IMG/VR virus record: IMGVR_UViG_2541047879_000002
DNA: 38,404 nt
DNA from: a virus
Lineage: Duplodnaviria > Heunggongvirae > Uroviricota > Caudoviricetes
Direction: 5' to 3' (one strand)
Of this stretch, positions 14,778 to 24,658 are shown in pieces. Position 1 is the first letter of the stretch. Every line of letters starts with the position of its first letter. The notes under the pieces were generated by a model, which had not been told where the DNA came from, searched no databases, and saw only the letters and a list, made by a program, of their open reading frames with translations. Made by a program: the position numbers and the translations under genes.

Positions 14778-15126
14778 ATCATAACGTCCGGTTTCTTCCG
14801 TGCCAGAACCGGACTCGCTGGCATGATGAAATATGTGTACCCGGTAACCCCGGTGTGCATCGTTTTTGATTATTCCCGCACACTCACGCAGAAGGAGTTC
14901 CCCGTCGGGCTACGGTCTCTGTTAATACGGGAATACGGCGACGATACAGCGCATGATGTGTCAGGCTTGAATGCCTTTATCCGTTAAAAGGGATATCAGT
15001 TAAGTTATCCCGTGCAGGGTATAAGCCATTATCAAGCCCACCCGTAGATGGGCTTTGTAATGGATAGCCGTTGCTCAGTTCTAGTAATGCTTTGATTTTT
15101 TCGATAACGCAGTTTTGCGTTTGCCA

Positions 15127-15648
15127 TCAGCACCCGATATCGAGAGTCAACTGCAGTTGCTCGCGCCAGTACTCAACATTTGCTTCAATAACCGGCTTAT
15201 CCCATCGCCAGCGAGCCATCTCTCTTGCCCCATTGCTGGCTTTTGATTTCCGGTCATCGCGAATGCGACATGCTTGCTCATATTTCTGCTGCTCAGTCAG
15301 TTCACCGCGAAGCAGACTATCAATGTGCAGGTCGCACCACACAGCAAAACGAGCATCACACCAACGGGCAAATGCAACTGAAAGTTTTGGATGTAGCCAC
15401 GTACCACCACCCCTGTCCTTTCGTGCCTTGCTGGTTTTTACATACCTCGATTGTGAGGGATGTAAAATTTGAGATTCTTTCCCGGTCAACGCTTCGTCTA
15501 AAGCACGAACGTATTCAAGCGTTTCTGCCAAACGCATCCAGTTATCAATGCGTTTCCCAAATCTCTCAGCAACACCTGTGACGTTGATCCAACCATCAGT
15601 GTTGAAACTGACAATTTCACCTTTGTAATTAAGTGGCACGATATTCAT
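15127..15648 (-). CDS. KilA-N domain-containing protein
   Basis: 173-aa ORF with KilA-N-like N-terminus, including GGTWLHPKLSVAFARW. Confidence 0.55.
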   Translation of the reverse strand: MNIVPLNYKGEIVSFNTDGWINVTGVAERFGKRIDNWMRLAETLEYVRALDEALTGKESQILHPSQSRYVKTSKARKDRGGGTWLHPKLSVAFARWCDARFAVWCDLHIDSLLRGELTEQQKYEQACRIRDDRKSKASNGAREMARWRWDKPVIEANVEYWREQLQLTLDIGC

Positions 15649-15852
15649 AACGTTTACCTACCATTTGAAATGAACCTTTGCCGCACAGGAAACCAGCCCA
15701 CCGAGGCTCGCCAGCACTAACTGGTATCCTCAAAGGCCCATTCCAAAGGGGCAGGTTCGGTGTAAAAAAAACATGCGTTGCGGTACGCATTTATTGCAAA
15801 AAAGCCCCGCATCGCGAGGCTCATTAAATGGACTTTGTGATTTGCAAAAAAA

Positions 15853-16290
15853 TTATTTCAGACATTGCGTCCTGATGTACTCCTGCAGGTAGTTAACCTG
15901 CGCGGTTATCCTGTCGATTCCACTTCGGAGACGGTAATAATTGAGTTCAGCATCTGCTGTAAGTCTTGGGCTTTCTCCATCGCCCATGCTGCTGGCTCCG
16001 GTCTTTGACTTTGCACAGGAGGCGGCGACTTGCAGCCGCTTACGCCCAGCAGAAACATCATCACGGAGACTTTCGATAGTCGCGTTAGCATCAGCAAGCT
16101 CCTTTGTATATCTGGCATCGAGTTCTGCTACGTCACGTTGACGCTTCTGCATGTCAGCGATGATGGATGTGGCTTTGTCGCGCTGTTCTTTGTAGGTCAT
16201 GGCGTTATCACGGTAATGATTAACAGCCCATGACAGGCAGACGATGATGCAGATAACCAGAGCGGAGATAATCGCAGTTACTCTGCTCAT
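15853..16290 (-). CDS. Rz: Spanin inner-membrane subunit Rz
   Basis: ORF 15853..16302; start [21 protein letters not shown] (N-terminal TM helix) overlaps the R stop. Confidence 0.85.
   Translation of the reverse strand: MSRVTAIISALVICIIVCLSWAVNHYRDNAMTYKEQRDKATSIIADMQKRQRDVAELDARYTKELADANATIESLRDDVSAGRKRLQVAASCAKSKTGASSMGDGESPRLTADAELNYYRLRSGIDRITAQVNYLQEYIRTQCLK
15906..16091 (-). CDS. Rz1: Spanin outer-membrane lipoprotein Rz1, embedded in the +1 frame of Rz
   Basis: Internal start gives [20 protein letters not shown]... with a lipobox Cys followed by a Pro-rich segment, fully inside Rz. Confidence 0.7.
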   Translation of the reverse strand: MLTRLSKVSVMMFLLGVSGCKSPPPVQSQRPEPAAWAMEKAQDLQQMLNSIITVSEVESTG

Positions 16291-16784
16291 TGCTGCCCCC
16301 ACAAACAGACTTCACGCTCAATCTCACGGCGAGTCATCAGCCCTTTCCATTGCTTACCGCCAGCATATGTCCAGCGACGTAGCTGATCACATGCGCCTTT
16401 GATATCGCCCTGGTTTATTTTGCGAAGAAGCGTCGATGTTCTGAAATTGCCAGCACCCACGTTGTAAACGAATGAGTAAAGAGCGCCGCGCGTTGTTTCC
16501 GGTATATCGACTTCGATATACGGGTTAATTTGCCTGGCGACAGTGGCAAGGTCTTTATTCAGGAGGGCTTTGCACTCTGCTTCGGTATACGTTTTACCGA
16601 GCATGATGTCTTTTCCTGTATGCCCGTGACATACAGTCCATACACCAACAATATCTTTGTATGGTATGTAGCTGACACCTTCCAGACCATCGTTACCACT
16701 TGGGCCAGTGATTAACACTGATGCTGTAGCAATTGCTCCGCCACCAATAGCAGCAGCAACGGCTTTTCGTAATGATGGAGGCAT
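16287..16784 (-). CDS. R: SAR (signal-anchor-release) endolysin, phage-21 R type
   Basis: 165-aa ORF with weakly hydrophobic Gly/Ala-rich N-terminus [20 protein letters not shown] followed by a T4-lysozyme-like catalytic region. Confidence 0.9.
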   Translation of the reverse strand: MPPSLRKAVAAAIGGGAIATASVLITGPSGNDGLEGVSYIPYKDIVGVWTVCHGHTGKDIMLGKTYTEAECKALLNKDLATVARQINPYIEVDIPETTRGALYSFVYNVGAGNFRTSTLLRKINQGDIKGACDQLRRWTYAGGKQWKGLMTRREIEREVCLWGQQ

Positions 16785-16999
16785 TATTCACCTCTCGCAG
16801 CCTTGCGCTTATCTTCTTTAATCTTGAAATAAAGGTTTGTCAGGTACGTCAGCAGGCCAAATACCAGGCTACCCAGCACACCTATTGCTGCCCACTGTGA
16901 GGGCGTGACTTTATCGAGCAGCTGTAAAAACCAGTAACCGGCACTACCTGCTGAGGTGCCATAGGCGACACCCGTTGTTAACTTATCCATGGATTTCAT
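16784..16999 (-). CDS. S: Pinholin S (phage-21 S type) with dual-start motif
   Basis: ORF 16784..17044 trimmed to [14 protein letters not shown]... (71 aa); Met1 and Met4 give antiholin and holin forms; two TM segments. Confidence 0.85.
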
Positions 17000-17587
17000 A
17001 ACCCCACCTCGCAGACAAAGCGGGTGTAAATTGAGGGAATACAACGTATCGCAAAAAAGCAGAAACGTAACAGACTCGGAGTCAGTGAATAACTCAGGTA
17101 TTGAGTTATCAGCTAATATCGAGACTCAAAAAATGGAAAAACCAGCTCGACGGCGGGTTTAAGCTGTGTGACGAAGTAACCACTCTTAACAGCATAACCA
17201 ATTTTTTACGTACGTAAACCACTGAATGATATTTATGAGAATGCTACCGAGTGTTCAAAACACCACCACAAATACATAAGAAAACCTCAACAAATAACCA
17301 ATAAATAATTTCAGAGGTTATTTTTAGTTGATTTAAATTAAACTGCCGAATTATAGAACCACCATAAATAACAGCCATTAATATAAATTAGCTAATAGGT
17401 TTATTTTTGTTCAAATAAGAGCCATAAATAGGTTTCGATAGAAAAAGTTCAGATAAAAATAGAGATCTACTTCACAAATTAAATGAGAAACTAAAACTTA
17501 CATCTTGAAATAATCACATTGATTAGATGAATATTTATCGCGCAGTGACATCATTTTTTAATAATAGTTCAAAAAAAAGGGCTCACG

Positions 17588-18670
17588 ATGAAAAAATTAA
17601 CAGTGGCAATTTCTGCTGTAGCTGCATCAGTACTGATGGCGATGTCTGCTCAGGCAGCTGAAATTTATAATAAAGACAGTAACAAGCTGGATCTGTACGG
17701 GAAAGTTAATGCTAAGCACTACTTCTCCTCTAATGATGCAGATGATGGTGATACTACTTATGCCCGTCTTGGCTTCAAAGGTGAAACCCAAATCAACGAT
17801 CAACTGACTGGTTTCGGTCAGTGGGAATATGAATTCAAAGGCAACCGCGCTGAATCTCAAGGTTCCTCCAAAGATAAAACCCGTCTTGCCTTCGCTGGCC
17901 TGAAATTCGGTGACTACGGCTCCATCGATTATGGCCGTAACTACGGTGTAGCATACGATATTGGTGCATGGACCGACGTTCTGCCAGAATTCGGTGGCGA
18001 TACCTGGACCCAAACAGATGTATTCATGACTGGTCGCACCACAGGTGTTGCAACTTATCGTAACAATGACTTCTTTGGTCTGGTTGATGGTCTGAACTTT
18101 GCTGCTCAGTATCAGGGTAAAAATGACCGCACTGACGTAACTGAAGCTAATGGTGATGGTTTCGGTTTCTCCACTACTTATGAGTATGAAGGATTCGGTG
18201 TAGGTGCAACCTATGCTAAATCTGACCGCACTAATAATCAGGTTATCTACGGTAACAACAGCCTGAATGCATCTGGTCAAAATGCTGAAGTATGGGCAGC
18301 TGGTCTGAAATATGATGCGAACAACATCTATCTGGCTACCACCTATTCTGAAACCCAGAACATGACTGTTTTTGGTAATAACCATATTGCCAACAAAGCA
18401 CAAAACTTCGAAGTAGTTGCACAATATCAGTTCGACTTCGGTCTGCGTCCGTCCGTTGCTTACCTGCAATCTAAAGGAAAAGACTTGGGTGCGTGGGGTG
18501 ATCAGGACCTGGTTGAATATATTGATGTAGGTGCAACCTATTACTTCAACAAAAATATGTCCACTTTTGTTGATTACAAAATCAACCTGATTGATAAGAG
18601 CGATTTCACGAAAGCATCTGGCGTTGCTACCGATGATATCGTTGCTGTAGGTATGGTTTACCAGTTCTAA
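17588..18670 (+). CDS. nmpC: OmpC-family general porin (NmpC/Lc type, prophage-encoded)
   Basis: 360-aa ORF with signal peptide [29 protein letters not shown] and C-terminal aromatic residue (...VYQF); between Q and S on the opposite strand. Confidence 0.9.
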   Translation: MKKLTVAISAVAASVLMAMSAQAAEIYNKDSNKLDLYGKVNAKHYFSSNDADDGDTTYARLGFKGETQINDQLTGFGQWEYEFKGNRAESQGSSKDKTRLAFAGLKFGDYGSIDYGRNYGVAYDIGAWTDVLPEFGGDTWTQTDVFMTGRTTGVATYRNNDFFGLVDGLNFAAQYQGKNDRTDVTEANGDGFGFSTTYEYEGFGVGATYAKSDRTNNQVIYGNNSLNASGQNAEVWAAGLKYDANNIYLATTYSETQNMTVFGNNHIANKAQNFEVVAQYQFDFGLRPSVAYLQSKGKDLGAWGDQDLVEYIDVGATYYFNKNMSTFVDYKINLIDKSDFTKASGVATDDIVAVGMVYQF

Positions 18671-18806
18671 TTTGATTACTAAAAGATATGTTGCGGGAGG
18701 CTTTGCCTCCCCAACATATAAGTGGCTCCCTCAAGCCACTTCCTTTAGGAGCACAACCTTGCTTCTAACTATATAAACCTTCTGTTATATATTACCCTTT
18801 ATTTTT

Positions 18807-18831
18807 GGGGGCGTTGCAACGCCCCATTTTT
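18807..18831 (+). terminator. Intrinsic terminator downstream of the porin gene
   Basis: Stem ggggcgttgcaacgcccc then T-run; the opposite strand has an A-run, so it is orientation-specific. Confidence 0.6.
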
Positions 18832-18858
18832 AATAATTTTTAGTAAACAATTGGCATA

Positions 18859-19242
18859 TTAATTAGAGTTATTAACAACGATATCCATCTCTAACCGGAT
18901 ATCTAATGCCATTAACATCCCTTCAATTATGCCCTCAGCCTTCTGTAACCTTTTCCCGATATAACCATCAGAGCAGCAATGCTTACCTGCCAGTGACATG
19001 AATGTCATACCGACTACATAATAATCTACTAATAAATCGTGCAAATCGCTGTTGTTCTTTTTCAGACGGGCCATGCACCCGCAAATAATCATCGCGTCAT
19101 CGTCACAACATTGCGGGCGAGATTTTACTTTTGAAGTAATTAATCCCTTAAAACCGGCGGCAATGGACGACCAGGTCACATCTTCATGATTATTAGCCGC
19201 CCACGCTCCCCAACGCTCAAGAACCATCTGAATATCACGCAT
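18859..19242 (-). CDS. quuD: Late-gene antiterminator Q (phage-82/DLP12 QuuD type)
   Basis: ORF 18859..19257; start [21 protein letters not shown]; Cys-rich ([16 protein letters not shown]). Confidence 0.8.
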   Translation of the reverse strand: MRDIQMVLERWGAWAANNHEDVTWSSIAAGFKGLITSKVKSRPQCCDDDAMIICGCMARLKKNNSDLHDLLVDYYVVGMTFMSLAGKHCCSDGYIGKRLQKAEGIIEGMLMALDIRLEMDIVVNNSN

Positions 19243-19324
19243 CAACTTACTCCACAAAACTCAGACCAGAACGCCAATTACAAGCAAAAATCAACAAAAC
19301 AGTATTAGTTGATTGTTATCTCTG

Positions 19325-19465
19325 ACTTCATACTCCTGCTCCTGTCAGTGTTTTGGCGTAATTCTTCAGTATTCGGTAATCGGTCAAAACAGAGCCGGGG
19401 AAACGATATAAGCGCAGACGCCCCCAGCGGTGGCGAAGAAGTTCTGCCATATTAAACTCAAACAT
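19325..19465 (-). CDS. Small ORF between rusA and Q (YlcG-like by position)
   Basis: Own translation [46 protein letters not shown]; start overlaps the rusA stop; below the ORF-track size cutoff. Confidence 0.4.
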
Positions 19466-19827
19466 CATTCATTCCCCATTTCGGTGATGGTCAGTTCCAG
19501 CCTCCCACCTTTGGTAACAGGCATCTTCACAACGCGGTAATCAACGACCTGAGCATCATCCAGCCAGAAACCTGCTTTAGTGAGTGCGTCAAAAGCGGCT
19601 TTTTGCAGATTATCCAGGTCACGGCGACGGCGATCCGGCATGTGGCACTCAATGCGGATTTTCACAGGCATAGCCAGGCCGATATCCAGCATTGCGTTTT
19701 TAATGATTCGGGCGACGTTATCGCGGTATGCCTGCCCCTCTGCGCTGACGTGCGTGCGCCCGCGATTATGGCGGTAATAGCGATTATTGCTCGGAGGCCA
19801 GGGTAATGTGATGCTGTAGGTATTCAC
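19465..19827 (-). CDS. rusA: Holliday-junction resolvase RusA
   Basis: 120-aa [26 protein letters not shown]... in the nin region. Confidence 0.9.
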   Translation of the reverse strand: MNTYSITLPWPPSNNRYYRHNRGRTHVSAEGQAYRDNVARIIKNAMLDIGLAMPVKIRIECHMPDRRRRDLDNLQKAAFDALTKAGFWLDDAQVVDYRVVKMPVTKGGRLELTITEMGNE

Positions 19828-20114
19828 GCCTTAATAACCCCCTCTTTCAGCCAGATAACCTGTGTTCTCGCCATACCTTCCAGCGCGCATTCTTTTGCAT
19901 ATGCAGCATCGACAAAATGTGTGCGGCGGTCGATTTCGTCGTGGCAGGCAGAACATGCAATGGTGGCAATCAGGTCTGGCGGTTTGGTACCGGTGCCGCA
20001 CAATCCAGTCAGCCGGATATGTGCCAGTACAGACGTTTCAGGGTTGCCATTACATACGCCAGGGATTCTTACCTGGCATTCCCGACTACGCGCTGCTTTT
20101 CTCAAATCAGCCAT
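19824..20114 (-). CDS. ybcO: YbcO-like DUF1364 putative nuclease
   Basis: ORF 19824..20153 trimmed to [23 protein letters not shown]... (96 aa), preceded by AAGGAGG; Cys-rich. Confidence 0.7.
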   Translation of the reverse strand: MADLRKAARSRECQVRIPGVCNGNPETSVLAHIRLTGLCGTGTKPPDLIATIACSACHDEIDRRTHFVDAAYAKECALEGMARTQVIWLKEGVIKA

Positions 20115-20277
20115 GATTCCTCCTTGCTGCCAGTCGCAACCATTTTTTATCAACCAGGCTGGCGGTATATCCGAGCAGTGTTGGTATTTCGGAAGGCTTC
20201 AGCTCCGGTTTACGCTTACGACGATCTGGTACTCTGTAGATGTGTCCGTTCATGACACGAATAAGCGGTGTAGCCAT
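20107..20277 (-). CDS. ninE: NinE-like protein
   Basis: Own translation [56 protein letters not shown] (56 aa); start overlaps the ninB stop, stop overlaps the ybcO start. Confidence 0.6.
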   Translation of the reverse strand: MATPLIRVMNGHIYRVPDRRKRKPELKPSEIPTLLGYTASLVDKKWLRLAARRNHG

Positions 20278-20732
20278 TACGCCTCCTGCTTGTCGCGGAG
20301 CAGCTGGAACTCGCAGCTCTGCGGAATAGTCAGGTGGCAGCCAATATTCACCGCCCAGGCTTCAACCTTACACAGGAAGACATACATCTCTCCGGTATCA
20401 AGATCGGAGGTATGGCGTAACGACTGGATAGTGGTGATATCACCGGTTACGACATCAACCAGGTCTTTGGTTTCATAACCGAGATATGTGTGTTTGAGAG
20501 CATCTTTTACCCAAGCTGGAGTAGCGAACGTTTTACCGCTGCTGATGAGGTATTCACTGATTTCGCTGTACCACATGTGGCTGAGTGCATTCTGGGAAAG
20601 ACTGCGTTTCTCACGCCACGGTTTAAGCACCATGCGAAAGCATTTGCCCTCCTCCAGATAAGGCTGGATCTGCCGACCGATAGCGGTGAAGTTACCGCGA
20701 TGTAATTTGATGCCATCTTGTGGGAGATTCAC
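20277..20732 (-). CDS. ninB: NinB/Orf-family recombination mediator (YbcN-like)
   Basis: 151-aa ORF containing [12 protein letters not shown], resembling the NinB core motif. Confidence 0.7.
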   Translation of the reverse strand: MNLPQDGIKLHRGNFTAIGRQIQPYLEEGKCFRMVLKPWREKRSLSQNALSHMWYSEISEYLISSGKTFATPAWVKDALKHTYLGYETKDLVDVVTGDITTIQSLRHTSDLDTGEMYVFLCKVEAWAVNIGCHLTIPQSCEFQLLRDKQEA

Positions 20733-20919
20733 GCTTCACCTCCGCAGAGGTCAAACGCTGGATACAATATATCGCAGGTGCATTTCTGCATCTGTGGAGG
20801 GAGAAGAGAGTTTGGATTGTGTGTGCGCATAAACGTCCCCGTTTAGCGCAGAAGTCACCGGAGTTGTTCAGGCTCCGATGACATGATTATGGCGAGTTGA
20901 TTATCGCAAATCAAAGGTT

Positions 20920-21276
20920 TTAATTGTGCTTTATTCCTTCAAGCGTTGCCTTCATACCAACCAAAGAAATGTTTAGCTCTCCAACTTTCTCAGGGCTATA
21001 TAATTCAGAATGAAGCCAATATTCTGATTTATCTAAACATCTTTTAGCCAGCTCTCGATCAAAGTCTACGACTTGGGAAGACGCTTCATACCAAAGCCTA
21101 TAAAGTTTTTCTTCTTCGTTTGGGTTATTAGACTCACCACGTTTTAATTTTTCAGTATATAAAATTGTTGAATAAATCGCAGGAGTTAATCCAGTGATTG
21201 CCCTCTGCCGCAGATCGGATTTGTTTGTTATCCACCCCAACAGACGATCTCCCATCCATGTGATAATTGTATCCAT
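20920..21276 (-). CDS. Hypothetical protein, AT-rich accessory gene
   Basis: 118-aa ORF with no family I can assign; composition differs from flanking phage core. Confidence 0.45.
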   Translation of the reverse strand: MDTIITWMGDRLLGWITNKSDLRQRAITGLTPAIYSTILYTEKLKRGESNNPNEEEKLYRLWYEASSQVVDFDRELAKRCLDKSEYWLHSELYSPEKVGELNISLVGMKATLEGIKHN

Positions 21277-21737
21277 GCTTTAGCCCTTCTTAGTAAATAG
21301 TGTGTAGGGCGACTGAAGGACCGAGTTTATGCTTTTTCGCATTGCTTTCAGTTAGTACACCGGTATCGCACCGGAAACAATCCTACGGCAAATTGGTTGT
21401 CTGACCTCTCGGTTTTTCGTGCATTAACCGATACCCACTACAGTCTCGGCGAAAGCTGCACCCCCCCAGGGTGTACTGGTAGCACTCGGCACAGCCTAGC
21501 ACGCCACTTTCTTCTCACTATCCAGTCTAATTTTATCCCCTAGTCAGACACTCAGATGTAGTGCTCCGCAGCGGCATGCGGGGGAATACAAAAACTCGGA
21601 CAAAATTGGGCCCTCCTTTTTGAATCACTCGCGGGGATGTAATTATTAATACATGGAAAAAGATCTGTTTTCAAATCCAACATTATATGGTTTCAATACC
21701 ACGGGGTGGCTATGTGTTTCTCATTGTTAATTGGAAT

Positions 21738-22061
21738 CTACTGTAATCGATCCGAACGTAAATGCGGCAAAACTCGACTCCACTTATCATCCTGCCACGG
21801 CCGGAATTTTACATGTGCCGTTTCTCTGGCAAGGATTGCCTGTGCCTTATTGAGTATCTGGGGATATTCTTGCTCGATAGAAGTGAAGCGACCAGCTTCA
21901 CGATGCTCCGCAACCTGAAGAAGAGGAGTAACGTTCTGGTAGGTAATTAACATCACATTCCCTGCTCGCCATAACCAGGCGAGTGTGCAAAGTTCGTTAT
22001 CAGTGAATTGTTTTGTGATTGGGTATTGTTGAACTGCTAGAACGAGAACGCCAGCATCCAT
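21738..22061 (-). CDS. Hypothetical protein
   Basis: 107-aa ORF between the serine recombinase and a long non-coding stretch; no family assigned. Confidence 0.4.
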   Translation of the reverse strand: MDAGVLVLAVQQYPITKQFTDNELCTLAWLWRAGNVMLITYQNVTPLLQVAEHREAGRFTSIEQEYPQILNKAQAILARETAHVKFRPWQDDKWSRVLPHLRSDRLQ

Positions 22062-22172
22062 TGGCAGTCTCTATAGTAAAACCATAGCTCAGGACGCTTC
22101 GTTCAGGATAGATAATTTTATTGTACTTACCTAACTTTCTTATTATAGCACGGTTGAAAAAGTGATTATTAC

Positions 22173-23699
22173 TCAAAAATAAACCTCACCATCAACCATA
22201 TATTTGAGAGTACTTATCGCCTGCTGGGCGGATATTGTTTTCATTAAAGGATAGTGTTTAAAAACAATGCCATTCATAAAATAGATATCACAGGTTTTAT
22301 TATCTGTATTGATTATGATTTTTTCGAATGTTTTATAGGCAAGTGTACGACATAGCTCTCGCCCATTTTTACTGGTTAAGTCAATAGCATGAAAATCACC
22401 AAGTGAACTCACCGCTTTACTCTTCAAAGTTTTTAATGATACAGAAGCCCTTCGTAATTCCTTATCTAATACTCTGATTTTTTCTGCTATAGCGGTAACT
22501 TCAGGCGCAACAGATAATGCAGCAATTAAATTATTAATTTTCATCTGGAGCTCAATAATTTTCAACTCTAAAGTTTCATTAGCATCTTTCTTGTTTTCAA
22601 CTGGTTGGATTTTACTACAATTAAAAAGCAACTCATTAATGATATTATAATCAACCAAATCTCTCTTTATTGATGGCCTGTCACATCGATGCAGTCTTCT
22701 CATCGGACAAACATAATAGCCATGCAAACTTCCAGATACCGCATGAACAATCATGGTATTACCACAAGCCTCGCACTTCATAACTGTTCGAAGTAGATTT
22801 ATCAACATAGGATTTTTGCTACTATTGCTAATACCAAAAGGTGCCAACCGAATTTCCTGTACAGCGTAAAACAAATCATCTGATATGACTCTGGGATAAT
22901 AGCCAGCGATTTCACTTATTCCTTTACCTCTTGCACGATATGAAGGTACGCATATACCTATCAGAGCTTTATTCGCTAATAATTTTTCAATTACAGAAGG
23001 TCCCCATGCACTTTCTTTTCCTGAGAAATTCTTTACAGCATGATCATTTAAATACTTGGCTATTGCATTCAATGAGCGCCTTTCCATCCTGAGTTTAAAA
23101 ATTAGCTCAATAGTTTTCACCCTGTCGGGGTCTGGAACAAAAGCCGTTCTTTTGTCATCTAAGGAGAGCCATCTCGGACAAGACGCCGTCATAATCGTAC
23201 CTGATTCCAGTGCATCCTGCCGTTTTTTCTTCCATGATAATTTAACCCGACTTGACTTTATCTCGCTTTCTTCATTTGCCCTTTGTGCTATAAGTATGGC
23301 TTTTATTAATGAATATGGCTCATTCAAAGAGTCAATATTATAGACTGTATTGTCGCAAAGAGTTATAACATCAATACCGTGATTCAAAATCAATTTCAGA
23401 CGTTCAATCGCTTCACCGACTTTTTCTCTTGAAAGTCTGTCCAGACTTTCAACTAACAATGTAGTTCCTGGCAATATATAACCATGCTCTATAGCATCTA
23501 AAAATTCCGAAAAAGCTCCTGATTGTGCATGCTTTCCTTTGAATGCACTTAATCCTAAATCTTCATATGTTATGGTATCAAGATAATAATCACTATTTAC
23601 CTTTAACCATTCAGCAATAAGTCTTCTCTGTCGGTTTAATGAGTCGCCAGACATCTGACCTGGTGATGAAAATCGCATATATGCTATGGCTTTTTTCAT
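22173..23699 (-). CDS. ybcK: Large serine recombinase (YbcK-like)
   Basis: 508-aa ORF with resolvase-type N-terminus MKKAIAYMRFSSPGQ (catalytic Ser), recombinase domain and Cys-rich zinc-ribbon-like segment CEACGN...CPMRRLHRC. Confidence 0.85.
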   Translation of the reverse strand: MKKAIAYMRFSSPGQMSGDSLNRQRRLIAEWLKVNSDYYLDTITYEDLGLSAFKGKHAQSGAFSEFLDAIEHGYILPGTTLLVESLDRLSREKVGEAIERLKLILNHGIDVITLCDNTVYNIDSLNEPYSLIKAILIAQRANEESEIKSSRVKLSWKKKRQDALESGTIMTASCPRWLSLDDKRTAFVPDPDRVKTIELIFKLRMERRSLNAIAKYLNDHAVKNFSGKESAWGPSVIEKLLANKALIGICVPSYRARGKGISEIAGYYPRVISDDLFYAVQEIRLAPFGISNSSKNPMLINLLRTVMKCEACGNTMIVHAVSGSLHGYYVCPMRRLHRCDRPSIKRDLVDYNIINELLFNCSKIQPVENKKDANETLELKIIELQMKINNLIAALSVAPEVTAIAEKIRVLDKELRRASVSLKTLKSKAVSSLGDFHAIDLTSKNGRELCRTLAYKTFEKIIINTDNKTCDIYFMNGIVFKHYPLMKTISAQQAISTLKYMVDGEVYF

Positions 23700-23955
23700 G
23701 GTGACACCTGCTAACGTATGCTTTTATAAACCTTAGTGGTGGGATATAATTTTTGTTTAATTTTTATTTAAAAAGACAATTAAGGTCACATTATCTTGAA
23801 TATACAACAATAATCGTATTGCAATTTTCTTACGCCATAATCTTGAAAGCACAAAAGAATACATAAAAAAATAAAGACATTAACAAAAAGCATAAAACGA
23901 GGCTCATATAAATATAAGAGCCTCCATATTTTAGTCGTTTAGAAACAAATTATTT

Positions 23956-24288
23956 TTAATGTGGTGTGCTTCGTGACAATAAATTAATAACCAACACACC
24001 GGCACAAATCAACATCATGCCTATAATGGCTGGCAGGTCCAGCCGTTGGCCGAAAAGTCCCCATGACAGTAAGCTAATCAGGACAATACCGACTCCTGAC
24101 CAGATAGCATAAGCAATCCCTGTAGGAATATAAGCCAGCGTCTGAGCTAATAACCAGAATGATGCACAATAACAAATAATTGTACCAACAGATGGCCATA
24201 ACCGTGTAAAACCTTCTGAAAACTTCATTAAGGTTGTACCAATGACCTCTGCAAGTATTGCACCACCAAGATAAATATAAGGGTTCAT
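23956..24288 (-). CDS. emrE: Small multidrug resistance efflux transporter EmrE
   Basis: ORF 23956..24342 trimmed to MNPYIYLGGAILAEVIGTTLMKFSEGF... (110 aa, four TM helices). Confidence 0.9.
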   Translation of the reverse strand: MNPYIYLGGAILAEVIGTTLMKFSEGFTRLWPSVGTIICYCASFWLLAQTLAYIPTGIAYAIWSGVGIVLISLLSWGLFGQRLDLPAIIGMMLICAGVLVINLLSRSTPH

Positions 24289-24355
24289 AGAATATTCTTT
24301 CCTGTTCAAACTGGAGAGAATTGTACTACAGTTTGAACTCAACTCACCTGTTTCA

Positions 24356-24658
24356 TCATTGTGTACCCATTGATGTTCTTTTATATACCCTCAATACCCG
24401 TTTCATCGCGGCACTCTGGCGACACTCCTTAAAAATCAGATTCGTGCTCACCTTTCCTTCCCGTTCTTCTCTGGTAGCAAACCGGTAATACACCGTTCGC
24501 CAGACCTTACCTTCGATAACCAGAAGACCTGCCCGTGCCATTTTAGCCGCAGCCTGATTTATGCTGGTTACCGTTGCGCCTGTTACCGCGGCAACGTCCT
24601 GCGCACAGAATTTCTTATGAGTCCCCAGGTAATGAATAATTGCCTCTTTGCCCGTCAT
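24356..24658 (-). CDS. ren: Ren protein
   Basis: 100-aa ORF MTGKEAIIHYLGTH... directly downstream of P. Confidence 0.8.
   Translation of the reverse strand: MTGKEAIIHYLGTHKKFCAQDVAAVTGATVTSINQAAAKMARAGLLVIEGKVWRTVYYRFATREEREGKVSTNLIFKECRQSAAMKRVLRVYKRTSMGTQ

Noticed and set aside
16784-17044. 86-aa extended form of the holin ORF
   Set aside because: The N-terminal 15 residues are not holin-like; the MKSMDK dual-start motif 45 nt downstream is the expected start.
17627-18469. 280-aa minus-strand ORF antisense to the porin gene
   Set aside because: Fully inside the porin gene on the opposite strand; the porin has a clear signal peptide and beta-barrel character, the antisense ORF has neither.
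21277-21737. Possible tRNA or retron msr/msd RNA in the long non-coding stretch
   Set aside because: I could not fold a convincing cloverleaf by eye and there is no adjacent reverse transcriptase gene; kept only as a structured non-coding region of unknown function.
23956-24342. 128-aa extended form of the emrE ORF
   Set aside because: EmrE-type transporters are about 110 aa starting MNPYIYLGG; the extension is probably untranslated leader.
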